A stretch of 64,000 bases of DNA from an uncultured Candidatus Saccharibacteria bacterium (GTDB lineage Bacteria > Patescibacteriota > Minisyncoccia > Spechtbacterales > HO2-43-30), in NCBI GenBank assembly GCA_964504205.1, contig CAZDDE010000002.1, positions 11,505-75,504 of the forward strand, in the 5' to 3' direction. Numbering within the stretch: position 1 is the first letter of the stretch; each line of letters begins with the position of its first letter. Below the pieces are notes generated by a model. That model saw only the letters and a list, made by a program, of their open reading frames with translations, had not been told where the DNA came from and ran no database searches. Of this stretch, positions 1 through 9,041 are shown one piece after another. A program made the translations under genes and the position numbers.

Positions 1-41
1 ATAAATTGCCAACGCCGTAATCGACTATGGAGATTTTTATT

Positions 42-803
42 TTAGATCCTGACATTAATTTTGTTTTTGGCTAAGTATTTTTTTAACACGCTAATGCTAA
101 AATCCTCGTAGTGCAGGACTGAAGACAACGATACGGCATCACATTTTGTTTTAAGGATAACTTCTTTCACCGATTCCATACTGCCAGCTCCGCCATGCGC
201 GATTACCGGGACAGGAGAAAAATTAGTTATCGCATTCATCAACTCATGTTTGTAGCCCGATCTCGTTCCATCCTTATCTATAGATGTTACCAATATTTCT
301 CCTACTCCTAGATCGATAGCTTTTTTGGTCCATTCTATGACATCGACTCCGGTTTTTTCTCGGCCGCCATCTGTATAGGACTCCCATTTATTGGGCGCGA
401 TATTTTTAGCCTCGATGAATAATACTATACATTGCGAGCCAAATTGTCTTACTGCTTGCGGCAAAAATTCCGGGTGGTTTATTGCATACGTATTGATGGC
501 GACTTTGTCAGCTCCAGCCCTTAGCGCGTTATTAATGTCACTGATTGATCGTATTCCGCCCCCCACAGTAAATGGTATAAAGATGTTCTCGGAAACGGAT
601 TTTAAGAGGTCAAAATCAAGGTTGCGCTGATAGAGACTCGCTACAATGTCCATATAAATAAGTTCGTCTGCGCCTTCCTTATAGTATCGAGTTGCGAGTG
701 TCTTTGGCGAGCCGACCACGCGTAAGCCTTCCGTATGTATGCCCTTGACAACATTTGGCCCTTTGATATCAAGCCTTGGGATTATTCTGATAGGATTTGT
801 CAT
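42..803 (-). CDS. HisF-family cyclase subunit (imidazole glycerol phosphate synthase-like), WbuZ/PtmH-type as used for acetamidino sugar synthesis
   Basis: Full-length (beta/alpha)8 HisF-like sequence (…IPFTVGGGIRS…, …VIAHGGAGS…) embedded in a sugar operon, not a his operon. Confidence 0.75.
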   Translation of the reverse strand: MTNPIRIIPRLDIKGPNVVKGIHTEGLRVVGSPKTLATRYYKEGADELIYMDIVASLYQRNLDFDLLKSVSENIFIPFTVGGGIRSISDINNALRAGADKVAINTYAINHPEFLPQAVRQFGSQCIVLFIEAKNIAPNKWESYTDGGREKTGVDVIEWTKKAIDLGVGEILVTSIDKDGTRSGYKHELMNAITNFSPVPVIAHGGAGSMESVKEVILKTKCDAVSLSSVLHYEDFSISVLKKYLAKNKINVRI

Positions 804-852
804 ACAAGAATGATTTTATCGCGATAGTAATTTTTTATTACAGCCATTGTTT

Positions 853-1968
853 CTAACTATTTACATAGGTTATTATAGACTGCGCAATATACTTTAGGTC
901 CTTTTCTTTAAGTCCGATATACAGCGGCAACGCTAAAGTGTGGGCGCTTGTACTTTCCGAGATTGGGAAATCGTCTCTTTTATACCCGAATTCTTTTCTG
1001 TAGAAGCCATAGAGATGTATAGATGGGAAGTAAGCTTTTGAAGCTATCCCTCTTTCCGCCAGTGCAGCGATCAATGCATTCCTATTTATTTTTTTATTGA
1101 GCAGTTTTACAACATAGAGGAAAAAAGTGTGGGTGTTTTGCGAAGCAATAAACGGTGTTTGCAGTAAATTTTTATAAGGGTCGAAATGTTTGCTGTAAGT
1201 ATTTGCTATCTTTCGCCTCTCTGCTATCGCAAAATCCAGCCTTCTAAGTTGTGGTAATCCAAGAGCGGCGCTGATCTCGGTCATCCGGTAGTTATATCCC
1301 AGACGGCGATGATCCAGCCACTGCATGTTTTTGGCGCGCCCCTGATTGCGCAGCGACCAGCAGAGCTCATAAACACTTTTTTTATTAGTCACAATCATGC
1401 CTCCCTCTCCGGTCGTCATTTGCTTATTGGGATAAAAAGAAAATACAGCCGATTCCCCGAAGGTTCCGACGCGCCGATTGCCGTGTTCGGCCATGATTGA
1501 CTCGCAGGCATCTTCTATAATTTTTAATTTATACTTTTTCGCGAGGCTGCGGATAGAAGTCATATTGGCTGATTGTCCAAAAATATGCACAATCAGCATT
1601 GCCTTGGTTTTTGGGGTTATTTTCTGTTCAATAGCTAGCGGATCTATATTGTAAGTCAGCGGATCTATATCCGCAAATACCGGTTTTGCGCCAACATATA
1701 AAATCGCGTTTGCCGAAGATACGAATGAAAACGGGGTGGTGATGACCTCATCTCCTTTGCCGATGCCAGCGGCAATAAGCGCCAAATGCAATCCGGCGGT
1801 GCCGCTTGATACCGCGCAAGCATATTTTACCCCAAGCTTTTTGGCGAAAGCAACTTCGAATTCTACAGCCATCGGCCCTAGGCTTAAAGTGCCGGAACGC
1901 AAGGCTTCCAGCACCTGTTTTTCATCTCCTCTGGTTATGTAAGGTTTTGAAATGGGATATGTAATCAT
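853..1968 (-). CDS. DegT/DnrJ/EryC1/StrS-family PLP-dependent sugar aminotransferase
   Basis: Family-typical N-terminus and PLP-lysine region; lies between the HisF-like and formyltransferase genes. Confidence 0.85.
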   Translation of the reverse strand: MITYPISKPYITRGDEKQVLEALRSGTLSLGPMAVEFEVAFAKKLGVKYACAVSSGTAGLHLALIAAGIGKGDEVITTPFSFVSSANAILYVGAKPVFADIDPLTYNIDPLAIEQKITPKTKAMLIVHIFGQSANMTSIRSLAKKYKLKIIEDACESIMAEHGNRRVGTFGESAVFSFYPNKQMTTGEGGMIVTNKKSVYELCWSLRNQGRAKNMQWLDHRRLGYNYRMTEISAALGLPQLRRLDFAIAERRKIANTYSKHFDPYKNLLQTPFIASQNTHTFFLYVVKLLNKKINRNALIAALAERGIASKAYFPSIHLYGFYRKEFGYKRDDFPISESTSAHTLALPLYIGLKEKDLKYIAQSIITYVNS

Positions 1969-1974
1969 ACGTGC

Positions 1975-2805
1975 TTATTTTTTAAATATATTATGCACTA
2001 TCTTCATTACCTCATCGTTGATAAGTGTAAATTTTCGCCCTTTTATTGTTATCGTAGCGCCGCGATACGGAGGAAAAAAGAAAGCCCTTATTTTTTTATC
2101 AATGTCTTCCAGGGAATCTTTTTGAGGATTTACTTCCTTTAGTTCGTTTAGTTCCGGAGCGGTGAGATATAATCCTCCGCTATTTTTGTGCGTTTTTACT
2201 TTCCGTCCGTTCATAAAAGCATCTATTGTAGTTTTAAATAATTCCAAAAGTTTTTCTTGTGATTTTTTTTCCAGAGAAAGCGCAGTTTCCTTGCTGGAAT
2301 TTATTGCAAATTTTTTTACTTCAATAATAGGGCCGTTATCAAGTTCTTCCGAGTCTATAAAATGCGCACTCACGCCGTATTTTTTTCTTGCATCAAGAAT
2401 GGCCGTATTGTATCCGGCCCGACCCTTATAATCAGGCAGGGGGGCGGGGTGAAAATTGATACACCCAAGTTTCGCGATATTGATAAGAGGACTCTTAATC
2501 TTACGCCAGAAAAGATACGAGATAACGAGATCAGTGTTAAGAATTCGTTTATCGCATTTTGCTATTTTTTTGTAAATGATCCCCTCGTCATGGTATACGG
2601 GTATTCTGTATTTCTTTGCCGTAGTTGACAATTTAGGCATGTAGTCTTCTTTGGCGGGAGCTATAGCCATAGTTATGGACAACCCATTTTCTACTAAATA
2701 CTCAAGCGCTTTAGTAGCGCCGGGTTTTCTGCCCAAAAATATCACCGTTTTTATTTTTTGATTTTTTCTAAGCATGCGATCTTTCATCACTGTAACATAT
2801 CCCAA
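1975..2805 (-). CDS. Formyltransferase-family protein (Fmt/PurN fold), putative sugar N-formyltransferase with a C-terminal extension
   Basis: HPAPLPDYKGRAGYNTA motif resembles the formyl-transferase HxSLLPxxRG core; glycan-operon context. Confidence 0.55.
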   Translation of the reverse strand: MGYVTVMKDRMLRKNQKIKTVIFLGRKPGATKALEYLVENGLSITMAIAPAKEDYMPKLSTTAKKYRIPVYHDEGIIYKKIAKCDKRILNTDLVISYLFWRKIKSPLINIAKLGCINFHPAPLPDYKGRAGYNTAILDARKKYGVSAHFIDSEELDNGPIIEVKKFAINSSKETALSLEKKSQEKLLELFKTTIDAFMNGRKVKTHKNSGGLYLTAPELNELKEVNPQKDSLEDIDKKIRAFFFPPYRGATITIKGRKFTLINDEVMKIVHNIFKK

Positions 2806-3839
2806 GCGATTAACTCGTCGGCGAGGACCGTTCGCCTTGCTGTTTTGCCGATAATTTCATCAAAGTATTTAGGCGCAAGTCCCGTGCCGGGTCTTTTAAG
2901 GGCTAGGTCGTTTCGCCTTATGACGGTTTCGGCGAGGATGGGGCGCGCGGCAACAATGCTTTTTCTTGCAACTTTTGCCACTTCTGTTTCGGATTTTGTC
3001 GGCTTCTTTTTATAAGATCCAAGAGCCTTGGATACATTGCGTATGGCCTGCACCATTTGTTTGAGTTCATTCGGCTCAAGCGATGCCTTGTGGTCAGGCC
3101 CAGGCATTGATCTATCAAGCGTAAAATGTTTTTCGATTACACACGCCCCAAGACTGACGGCGGCAACAGCCACCTCTATTCCAACTGTATGATCGGAGTA
3201 CCCGACTTCTAGATCAAGCTCTTTTTTAAGTGTCAGCATAGCGCGTAAGTTAATCTCATCCATGCGTGCAGGATAATTGCTGGTACAATGAAGAACGATG
3301 ATTTTTGAATTGCCATTTTGTTTAATGACATGGACAGCCTCCTTGACTTCCGCAAGGGTTGACATGCCAGTGGATAAAATAATCGGCAAATTTTTTGCGG
3401 CGAGATTTTTAAGGTGCGGAAGGTTGTTTGTATCGGTAGATCCGACCTTAAACGCCGACACTCCAAGTTTAAATAAGAAGTTCGCGTCGTCAATAGAAAA
3501 TGGCGTGGACATAAATATAAGCCCTTTTTTTTCGGCGTATTTTTTAAGCGGAGCATGGTATTCGCGTTTTAGCTTAAGACGCGCGAGCATACTGTACTGG
3601 CTTTCTTTCTCGCCGATATTTTTATCCTGATATTTAGCGCGTTGGGCGTATTTTGTAACGAGGGTTTTGGGATCAAACGTCTGAAATTTTACGGCGTCGG
3701 CTTTAGCATAAGCGGCCGCGTCTATCAATTTTTTTGCCAGTTCCAGATCGCCATTATGGTTGACGCCGGCTTCGGCGATGATAAAAACGGGTTTGTTTGC
3801 GCCTATTATTTTATTTTCAATTTTTATAAAAGCTGACAT
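2787..3839 (-). CDS. NeuB-family nonulosonic acid synthase (sialic/legionaminic/pseudaminic acid synthase) with C-terminal SAF domain
   Basis: N-terminal IIAEAGVNHNGDLELAKKLID…KFQTF is the NeuB hallmark. Confidence 0.85.
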   Translation of the reverse strand: MSAFIKIENKIIGANKPVFIIAEAGVNHNGDLELAKKLIDAAAYAKADAVKFQTFDPKTLVTKYAQRAKYQDKNIGEKESQYSMLARLKLKREYHAPLKKYAEKKGLIFMSTPFSIDDANFLFKLGVSAFKVGSTDTNNLPHLKNLAAKNLPIILSTGMSTLAEVKEAVHVIKQNGNSKIIVLHCTSNYPARMDEINLRAMLTLKKELDLEVGYSDHTVGIEVAVAAVSLGACVIEKHFTLDRSMPGPDHKASLEPNELKQMVQAIRNVSKALGSYKKKPTKSETEVAKVARKSIVAARPILAETVIRRNDLALKRPGTGLAPKYFDEIIGKTARRTVLADELIAWDMLQ

Positions 3840-3844
3840 AAAAT

Positions 3845-4870
3845 TTACTCGAGTACTGTTTGCTTGCCGGTTTTTGCGCTTTTCTCCAGTGCGAATAGCG
3901 CTTTAAGGAAACGGAGGTTTTCCGCAAATGTGAATGGATATTTTTTCCCTCCGTTTATAGCACCTAAAAAATGTCCTATTTCCTCCTCGTACATATCTTC
4001 TGTGGTTATGTAATTCTTTTCGCTTCTGCCCCCTTTTAAGTTTATTATCTTTTGCCGTTTTCCCGATGCTTGGTAAAGTTTAATTTTATGGTCCAACCAC
4101 TCCCATTCCAGGACCCCGCAAGATCCAATAACCCGTAAGGTGCGGAACGGCTTTCTTGACAGTAAATCTATGGCTATACTTCCCACTGCGCCGTTATTGA
4201 ATTCCAGAATAGCAAAATATGCATCGTCGGCTGGCATATCTAGAGCAGATATTTTTTTTGTTATTCCGCAGATTTTTTTTACTTCGCCAAGGTCAAGGGC
4301 ATACGTTAGCCATCCTAACTCAAAGGCGAACATTTCGCGGCAAGCTCCAGTATCTTTTTTTGAAAAATATACTTTTCGGTAATCTTCCCAGGGGTGCCAA
4401 TCCGGCAGGTATTGGCCCATATGGTATTGAAACGACAGCACATCACCGATTCTTCCGAAGTTTATAATCTGGCGAATTTTTTTGACTGCGGGATGAAATC
4501 TCCAGCTACAGGAGGGAACTCCAACAGAAGTTCCGCCAAGAAGTTTAAGAAGCTGATTATATCCGACATCGGTTGTGGGGTGCTCGACAAAAAAGTGCTT
4601 CTTATTGCGGGCGGCGCGCAGAAAATAGCTGTGGTGCTGGTCGGGCGGGGTTGATACTATAATGACATCAGGATTTATCTCGGTATATGTTTTTCTAAAA
4701 TCAGTTGATGCACGTATAGAATATTTTTCGTTTGCCTCCCGGCAACGTTCCTGCGAAGTATCAAATCCAAAAATTTTGGCAGGGGAGATGCCATGAAACA
4801 GCAGATTTCGTATTCGCCGCTTGCCCATCGACCCGAGGCCTATTTGCATAAAGTTGTATTTTTTTAGCAT
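3845..4870 (-). CDS. Gfo/Idh/MocA-family NAD(P) oxidoreductase (PtmF/PtmA-like)
   Basis: N-terminal Rossmann QIGLGSMGKRRIRNL; this family accompanies legionaminic acid loci. Confidence 0.6.
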   Translation of the reverse strand: MLKKYNFMQIGLGSMGKRRIRNLLFHGISPAKIFGFDTSQERCREANEKYSIRASTDFRKTYTEINPDVIIVSTPPDQHHSYFLRAARNKKHFFVEHPTTDVGYNQLLKLLGGTSVGVPSCSWRFHPAVKKIRQIINFGRIGDVLSFQYHMGQYLPDWHPWEDYRKVYFSKKDTGACREMFAFELGWLTYALDLGEVKKICGITKKISALDMPADDAYFAILEFNNGAVGSIAIDLLSRKPFRTLRVIGSCGVLEWEWLDHKIKLYQASGKRQKIINLKGGRSEKNYITTEDMYEEEIGHFLGAINGGKKYPFTFAENLRFLKALFALEKSAKTGKQTVLE

Positions 4871-5625
4871 ATCGGGAAATTCTTTATGCGATTTTTGATT
4901 TCGTGTGTGTGATTGTATATGAACTCGGCTAAAACGAAGTCCTCCGGCGTATCAAGATCAACCGAGCGCCATGCGTCCACTATCACTGCTTTTGTTTTCT
5001 TTGGGAAAAAGGTTTTTGCTTTGATAAATACGTTATATTTAATTAAATATACAAAACAGCCATTGAGTTTATATCCAGGAGGAAAGGCCTGCATCTGGAA
5101 TCCTTTCAGGCGTTTGCCTTGGATAAATTTTGGGGCAACCTTCGGGATATTGGCTAGGACAAGATTGCCATTTTTTGAGAGATTATAGAGCAATGGATGA
5201 GTGGAGCAGACTGTCAGCACTGCGTCGGTGTTTTTTTCGCGTATCTTTCGAACGCACTTTAGAATATCGGCCTTTTCGCGCAGTGGAGAAGTTGGCTGGA
5301 GAAGAGCGACGTAATCAGGTTTATAACTTTCATTTTGGTCAAGTTTTTTAAGGATATTGAGGGCGCTATCGGCGACTAAACTTTTATCTCCGGCAAGGCG
5401 CACCGGGCGCAGAAAGGGAACTTCCGCGCCATACCTTTGCGCTATTGTTGCTATCTCCGCGCTGTCGGTATCCAGGATAACCCGGTCAAAGATCTTGAGA
5501 CCCAGAGCTTGGTGAATGGTATGTCCAATAAGCGGTTTGCCGGCGAAGAGCCGTTTGTTTTTACTCGGTATTCTCTTTGATCCGCTGCGCGCCGGTATAA
5601 TAGCTAAAATTTTTTGTCTTTGCAT
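4864..5625 (-). CDS. Acylneuraminate (nonulosonate) cytidylyltransferase, NeuA/LegF/PseF family
   Basis: IIPARSGSKRIPSKN N-terminal motif of CMP-NeuAc synthetases. Confidence 0.8.
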   Translation of the reverse strand: MQRQKILAIIPARSGSKRIPSKNKRLFAGKPLIGHTIHQALGLKIFDRVILDTDSAEIATIAQRYGAEVPFLRPVRLAGDKSLVADSALNILKKLDQNESYKPDYVALLQPTSPLREKADILKCVRKIREKNTDAVLTVCSTHPLLYNLSKNGNLVLANIPKVAPKFIQGKRLKGFQMQAFPPGYKLNGCFVYLIKYNVFIKAKTFFPKKTKAVIVDAWRSVDLDTPEDFVLAEFIYNHTHEIKNRIKNFPIC

Positions 5626-6566
5626 TTTTGTAAGATATTTACAGGGTCTTCTCGTGCTATTTCAAGACAATTTGGGTTGATTTTTTCCCCATTAGGCGGG
5701 ACCATATTTGATCGAAATCCACATACTATACCAATGTTTGATAAAATTTTCAAGGTGACTTTACTATACGAATTGAGGGGGTGCGACATCGCAACAATTT
5801 TTTTATTGCAGATTCTTTTAATATGCTCAAAGTTTTTTACATATTCATCGAGCTGTTTTTTGCGGGAGAGTTTTACAATCCGGAAGGGATGATTGTACGA
5901 ATGCAGTCCCACGCAATGCCCCTTCGCGCTTATATTTTTAAGATCACGGTTGGTAAACCACAAACCTTTAGCTATTTGAGAAATATTGGCGCGTTTATTG
6001 TGCATCATCTTACCCATTATATTTTCAAATTTTTTTTGAGATGACAGTTCGTTGCGGATAAATCTATATTTTAAGTCGTTCGTTGAATAAAAAGGGAATA
6101 ATCTTTGTGTGGCGCGGGAATACTTTTTAAATTTTTGTTCATTGAGTTGCGCAAGGATCGCTTTGTCGCAATTACTAAAAAAAGTATTGAAAAATTCATT
6201 GATATCCTTAAAGTATTTTGCCGAAAAGTAGCTATAAATTTCAGATTTTACCAATCCCTTTTCAAATACTGAAGAGTAGATAAACCAAAATGCTTTTATG
6301 CTGTATTTCTCAAGAATGGGGAGACATATTTCATATTGGCATTTAAGGCCGTCATCAAAAGTTATGCAGATATCTTGGGCGTTTAGTTTGTTATGTTTTA
6401 GCTTATAGAGCCATTCGTCGGCCGAAAGAATATTTTTCAAGCCCACGCAATGAAGTATGTATTCAAACTCTCTGTCGGTGATAGAACCTTGGCCCAGGCC
6501 CGATGAGATTGCGCGGTGCACGCGATGAAACATTAAGCCGTGCGGGAATTGGACGGAGTTTATCAT
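5604..6566 (-). CDS. Polysaccharide deacetylase (CE4/NodB-like) family protein
   Basis: ITFDDG motif and overall length; start overlaps the upstream gene. Confidence 0.5.
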   Translation of the reverse strand: MINSVQFPHGLMFHRVHRAISSGLGQGSITDREFEYILHCVGLKNILSADEWLYKLKHNKLNAQDICITFDDGLKCQYEICLPILEKYSIKAFWFIYSSVFEKGLVKSEIYSYFSAKYFKDINEFFNTFFSNCDKAILAQLNEQKFKKYSRATQRLFPFYSTNDLKYRFIRNELSSQKKFENIMGKMMHNKRANISQIAKGLWFTNRDLKNISAKGHCVGLHSYNHPFRIVKLSRKKQLDEYVKNFEHIKRICNKKIVAMSHPLNSYSKVTLKILSNIGIVCGFRSNMVPPNGEKINPNCLEIAREDPVNILQKCKDKKF

Positions 6567-7786
6567 TTTTTGTAGGCGATATAATCAACGTGCCTGACGC
6601 CGTTGGCTCCGCGGAAGAGATGTTTTGCTTTTTTGATATACGTATGTACTTTGTCTAAATTCTTGTCTTCCACGGCGTCCAGAACTCCTTTCGCTTCCCG
6701 CATCAATTCATTCATTCGTTTGACAGTATATGCAGTCAGATTTAGATTTGCCAAGTCGCTCAGGTATTCATTAACCCTTTTTTTTACAATGGTACTCTCA
6801 ATTAAGGAATCCGCGCGGCAATTGGACATATAATTAACCAAAGAAGACCAGCTTTCCGAAATCTCGGACAATGGCTTTAAGATTTTTGGAACCTCAACGG
6901 CGTCATCATATTGGTGCATCAGCCAGAGGGCCTCGGCGAACACGCCGGTTTGCTTTAGTGACTGCGGTTGAAACTTTGGTTTATGGTGGGCAGAATCTGA
7001 AAATACCGGAAAAAAAATGGGTGGGTAGGAGGAGTAGAAAACCAGGTTATTTTTATCAAACCATTGCAATACTTCTTCTACTGATGGGTCATTTTGCTGC
7101 TGAACGACCCAGCGATCAAAGATAATCGCCCGCCGCGTCCGGGGAACAAATCTTTGACTGCGATCGATGTCCTCTTTAAACAGGCGCTCTGCTATCTCAA
7201 CCATTTTATTGGGAGTGTCGGCAAATCTATAGATGATGTATCGTTGCAGCATATTTTGGAATCCTCCAGCTTTGTTCGGATCTCCAAAAATTATATAGCC
7301 GCCCGGTTTCAAAAACGATGCGATCTTTGAAAATAATCCTTCTTTATCGTCGGTATGCGACAAAACTCCCCGGCAATGAACGATGTCATATTTTTTATTT
7401 GTCTTGTAGTCAAAAAGAGATGAATTAAAGAAGTGGTGTTGATTATAATTATTGGTGTATTTTTGAAAGACCTCTTTGGCGATCTGGATGGCCTTGTGAT
7501 TCATGTCAACCAGTGTGCAGCGTGCTCCCCAATTCGCGAGATACACTGTGTTTTCTCCTGTTCCAGCGCCGCAATCAAGCAAAGTGCGGTCCTGAAACAT
7601 GGGGGGAGGAAATTTTAGCAAGTCGCGGTAGAGGTACTCCGCATTCGCTGCCCATTCTTTATATTCGTTTTCCGATTTGTCCGAAAAATATATGGAAGGA
7701 ATTTCCTCCTCGAAGGTTGCAAGTACTGACGTCTCAACCGCCTTGATATGCTTTGTCCTAGTTTGTGTTTTAGCCGCGTGTTTCAT
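6563..7786 (-). CDS. Class I SAM-dependent methyltransferase with a long C-terminal extension
   Basis: LLDCGAGTGENTVYLA glycine-rich SAM motif I, followed by an acidic motif II. Confidence 0.6.
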   Translation of the reverse strand: MKHAAKTQTRTKHIKAVETSVLATFEEEIPSIYFSDKSENEYKEWAANAEYLYRDLLKFPPPMFQDRTLLDCGAGTGENTVYLANWGARCTLVDMNHKAIQIAKEVFQKYTNNYNQHHFFNSSLFDYKTNKKYDIVHCRGVLSHTDDKEGLFSKIASFLKPGGYIIFGDPNKAGGFQNMLQRYIIYRFADTPNKMVEIAERLFKEDIDRSQRFVPRTRRAIIFDRWVVQQQNDPSVEEVLQWFDKNNLVFYSSYPPIFFPVFSDSAHHKPKFQPQSLKQTGVFAEALWLMHQYDDAVEVPKILKPLSEISESWSSLVNYMSNCRADSLIESTIVKKRVNEYLSDLANLNLTAYTVKRMNELMREAKGVLDAVEDKNLDKVHTYIKKAKHLFRGANGVRHVDYIAYKK

Positions 7787-7798
7787 AATTGTTATGGA

Positions 7799-8983
7799 TT
7801 AATCGAAGTAACTTTCCAACTTGCTGTCCCGCACTGTGTCTAGTGTAGCGCAATGTATTCCTCCGCCTTGAGTGTAAATATGACGCATTCTTACGGGTAT
7901 CACTGTAATTTTATGCTGTTCAAGCACACGAATAAGGTTTGTCTGGCGCTCATCCGCAATGACTGTTTTTTGATCTAACGATAATAGATTCATTCCAACC
8001 CACGGCGAAGCTGTTAATTCCAGATTTGTTTCAAATCCTAAGGCTTGTATTTTTTTCGCTATTGGATCTCTAACTTCTTTTTGGAATTTTATTTCATGTT
8101 CCGTTACCGGGGCTACATCCGCAAACCATATCTTGTCCCACTTGTTAAACATTTTTGGCAGGTTCTTTTCATTTGCCCGTATGCTGTTTACCAATACAAG
8201 GCCGGGTCTTAAGCACATTAATGTTGAATCAATATGGCTAGATCGGTATATTTTTTCAGTGGTGTGCACTTTGTACTCATCGCCCAAGACATGCTGTAGC
8301 CACTTTGCTGCCAGATAATTCCCAGACGAAGAGACAAGGTAGAGAAGGTCTTTGCCCATTCTCAATACACTGGCGGCTTCAAATAAAATTTCGTTTTCAG
8401 TTACTTTATGCAGTTTTTCTATTCGGCCATCTGTGAGTTGTTGATAGCGAATATCCTCTTCTGTAAGCTTTCTTGCGTTGTGATCTCGATAGTAGGGAAT
8501 TATAACATCTCCGGTAAGTTTTGGTTTGGGGCCGCATATCCAGCGAAACCCTTTTTGCATGTATTGATACCATATCGGATAGAGAGCCGTAGCTTCAAAG
8601 TATCTGCTTTTGAGCATGGATGGGCTCTCGACCACAGTATCGCCAATAACCAAATGTAAGTCGCGAACATTGTAAATGTTATTTCCGGTGGAATGCCAAA
8701 AAGGAGTGGCATACATTTTTGAAATATCGTGCACGCTGGGCCGGTACACTTTGGCGCCATATTGCCGAAGCGCTTCGCACAGGCCGGTAAGATCTTCGTT
8801 TATTTCGTCCAGAAACCACTTTGGATAGGCCTTTCTCGCGAGCGTATAGGCCTTTTTTATTACTGATTCTGGGGCGGGTTTCGGCTTTGACCAAGTTAAA
8901 ACTGCCATAGTCCCTTCGGCCGTTCCGACGATGACTTCCCGAAGTTTATCCCATTCATTATGGCTATTGATTCTACTTGCCAT
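7799..8983 (-). CDS. Amidinotransferase (AGAT/StrB-like, guanidino-group-modifying-enzyme superfamily)
   Basis: C-terminal GGGIHCATLD active-site cysteine motif and HIDSTLMCLRPGLVLV core match glycine/inosamine amidinotransferases. Confidence 0.65.
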   Translation of the reverse strand: MASRINSHNEWDKLREVIVGTAEGTMAVLTWSKPKPAPESVIKKAYTLARKAYPKWFLDEINEDLTGLCEALRQYGAKVYRPSVHDISKMYATPFWHSTGNNIYNVRDLHLVIGDTVVESPSMLKSRYFEATALYPIWYQYMQKGFRWICGPKPKLTGDVIIPYYRDHNARKLTEEDIRYQQLTDGRIEKLHKVTENEILFEAASVLRMGKDLLYLVSSSGNYLAAKWLQHVLGDEYKVHTTEKIYRSSHIDSTLMCLRPGLVLVNSIRANEKNLPKMFNKWDKIWFADVAPVTEHEIKFQKEVRDPIAKKIQALGFETNLELTASPWVGMNLLSLDQKTVIADERQTNLIRVLEQHKITVIPVRMRHIYTQGGGIHCATLDTVRDSKLESYFD

Positions 8984-9041
8984 ACGTCAATTAAACACTA
9001 TACTATATTTATAGTCAAATTACAGTCAAACTGGATGCGTT
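8984..9041. promoter_or_regulatory. AT-rich divergent intergenic region between the minus-strand glycan operon and the plus-strand membrane protein gene
   Basis: Two divergently oriented operons start here; the sequence is AT-rich with TATA-like stretches. Confidence 0.3.

Noticed and set aside
391-630. Numerous short ORFs in the track antisense to or nested in large genes (for example 391-630, 1309-1500, 12060-12302, 49737-50054, 51226-51873)
   Set aside because: They overlap well-supported genes on the opposite strand or in another frame, have no RBS and no recognisable family, and are treated as shadow ORFs.
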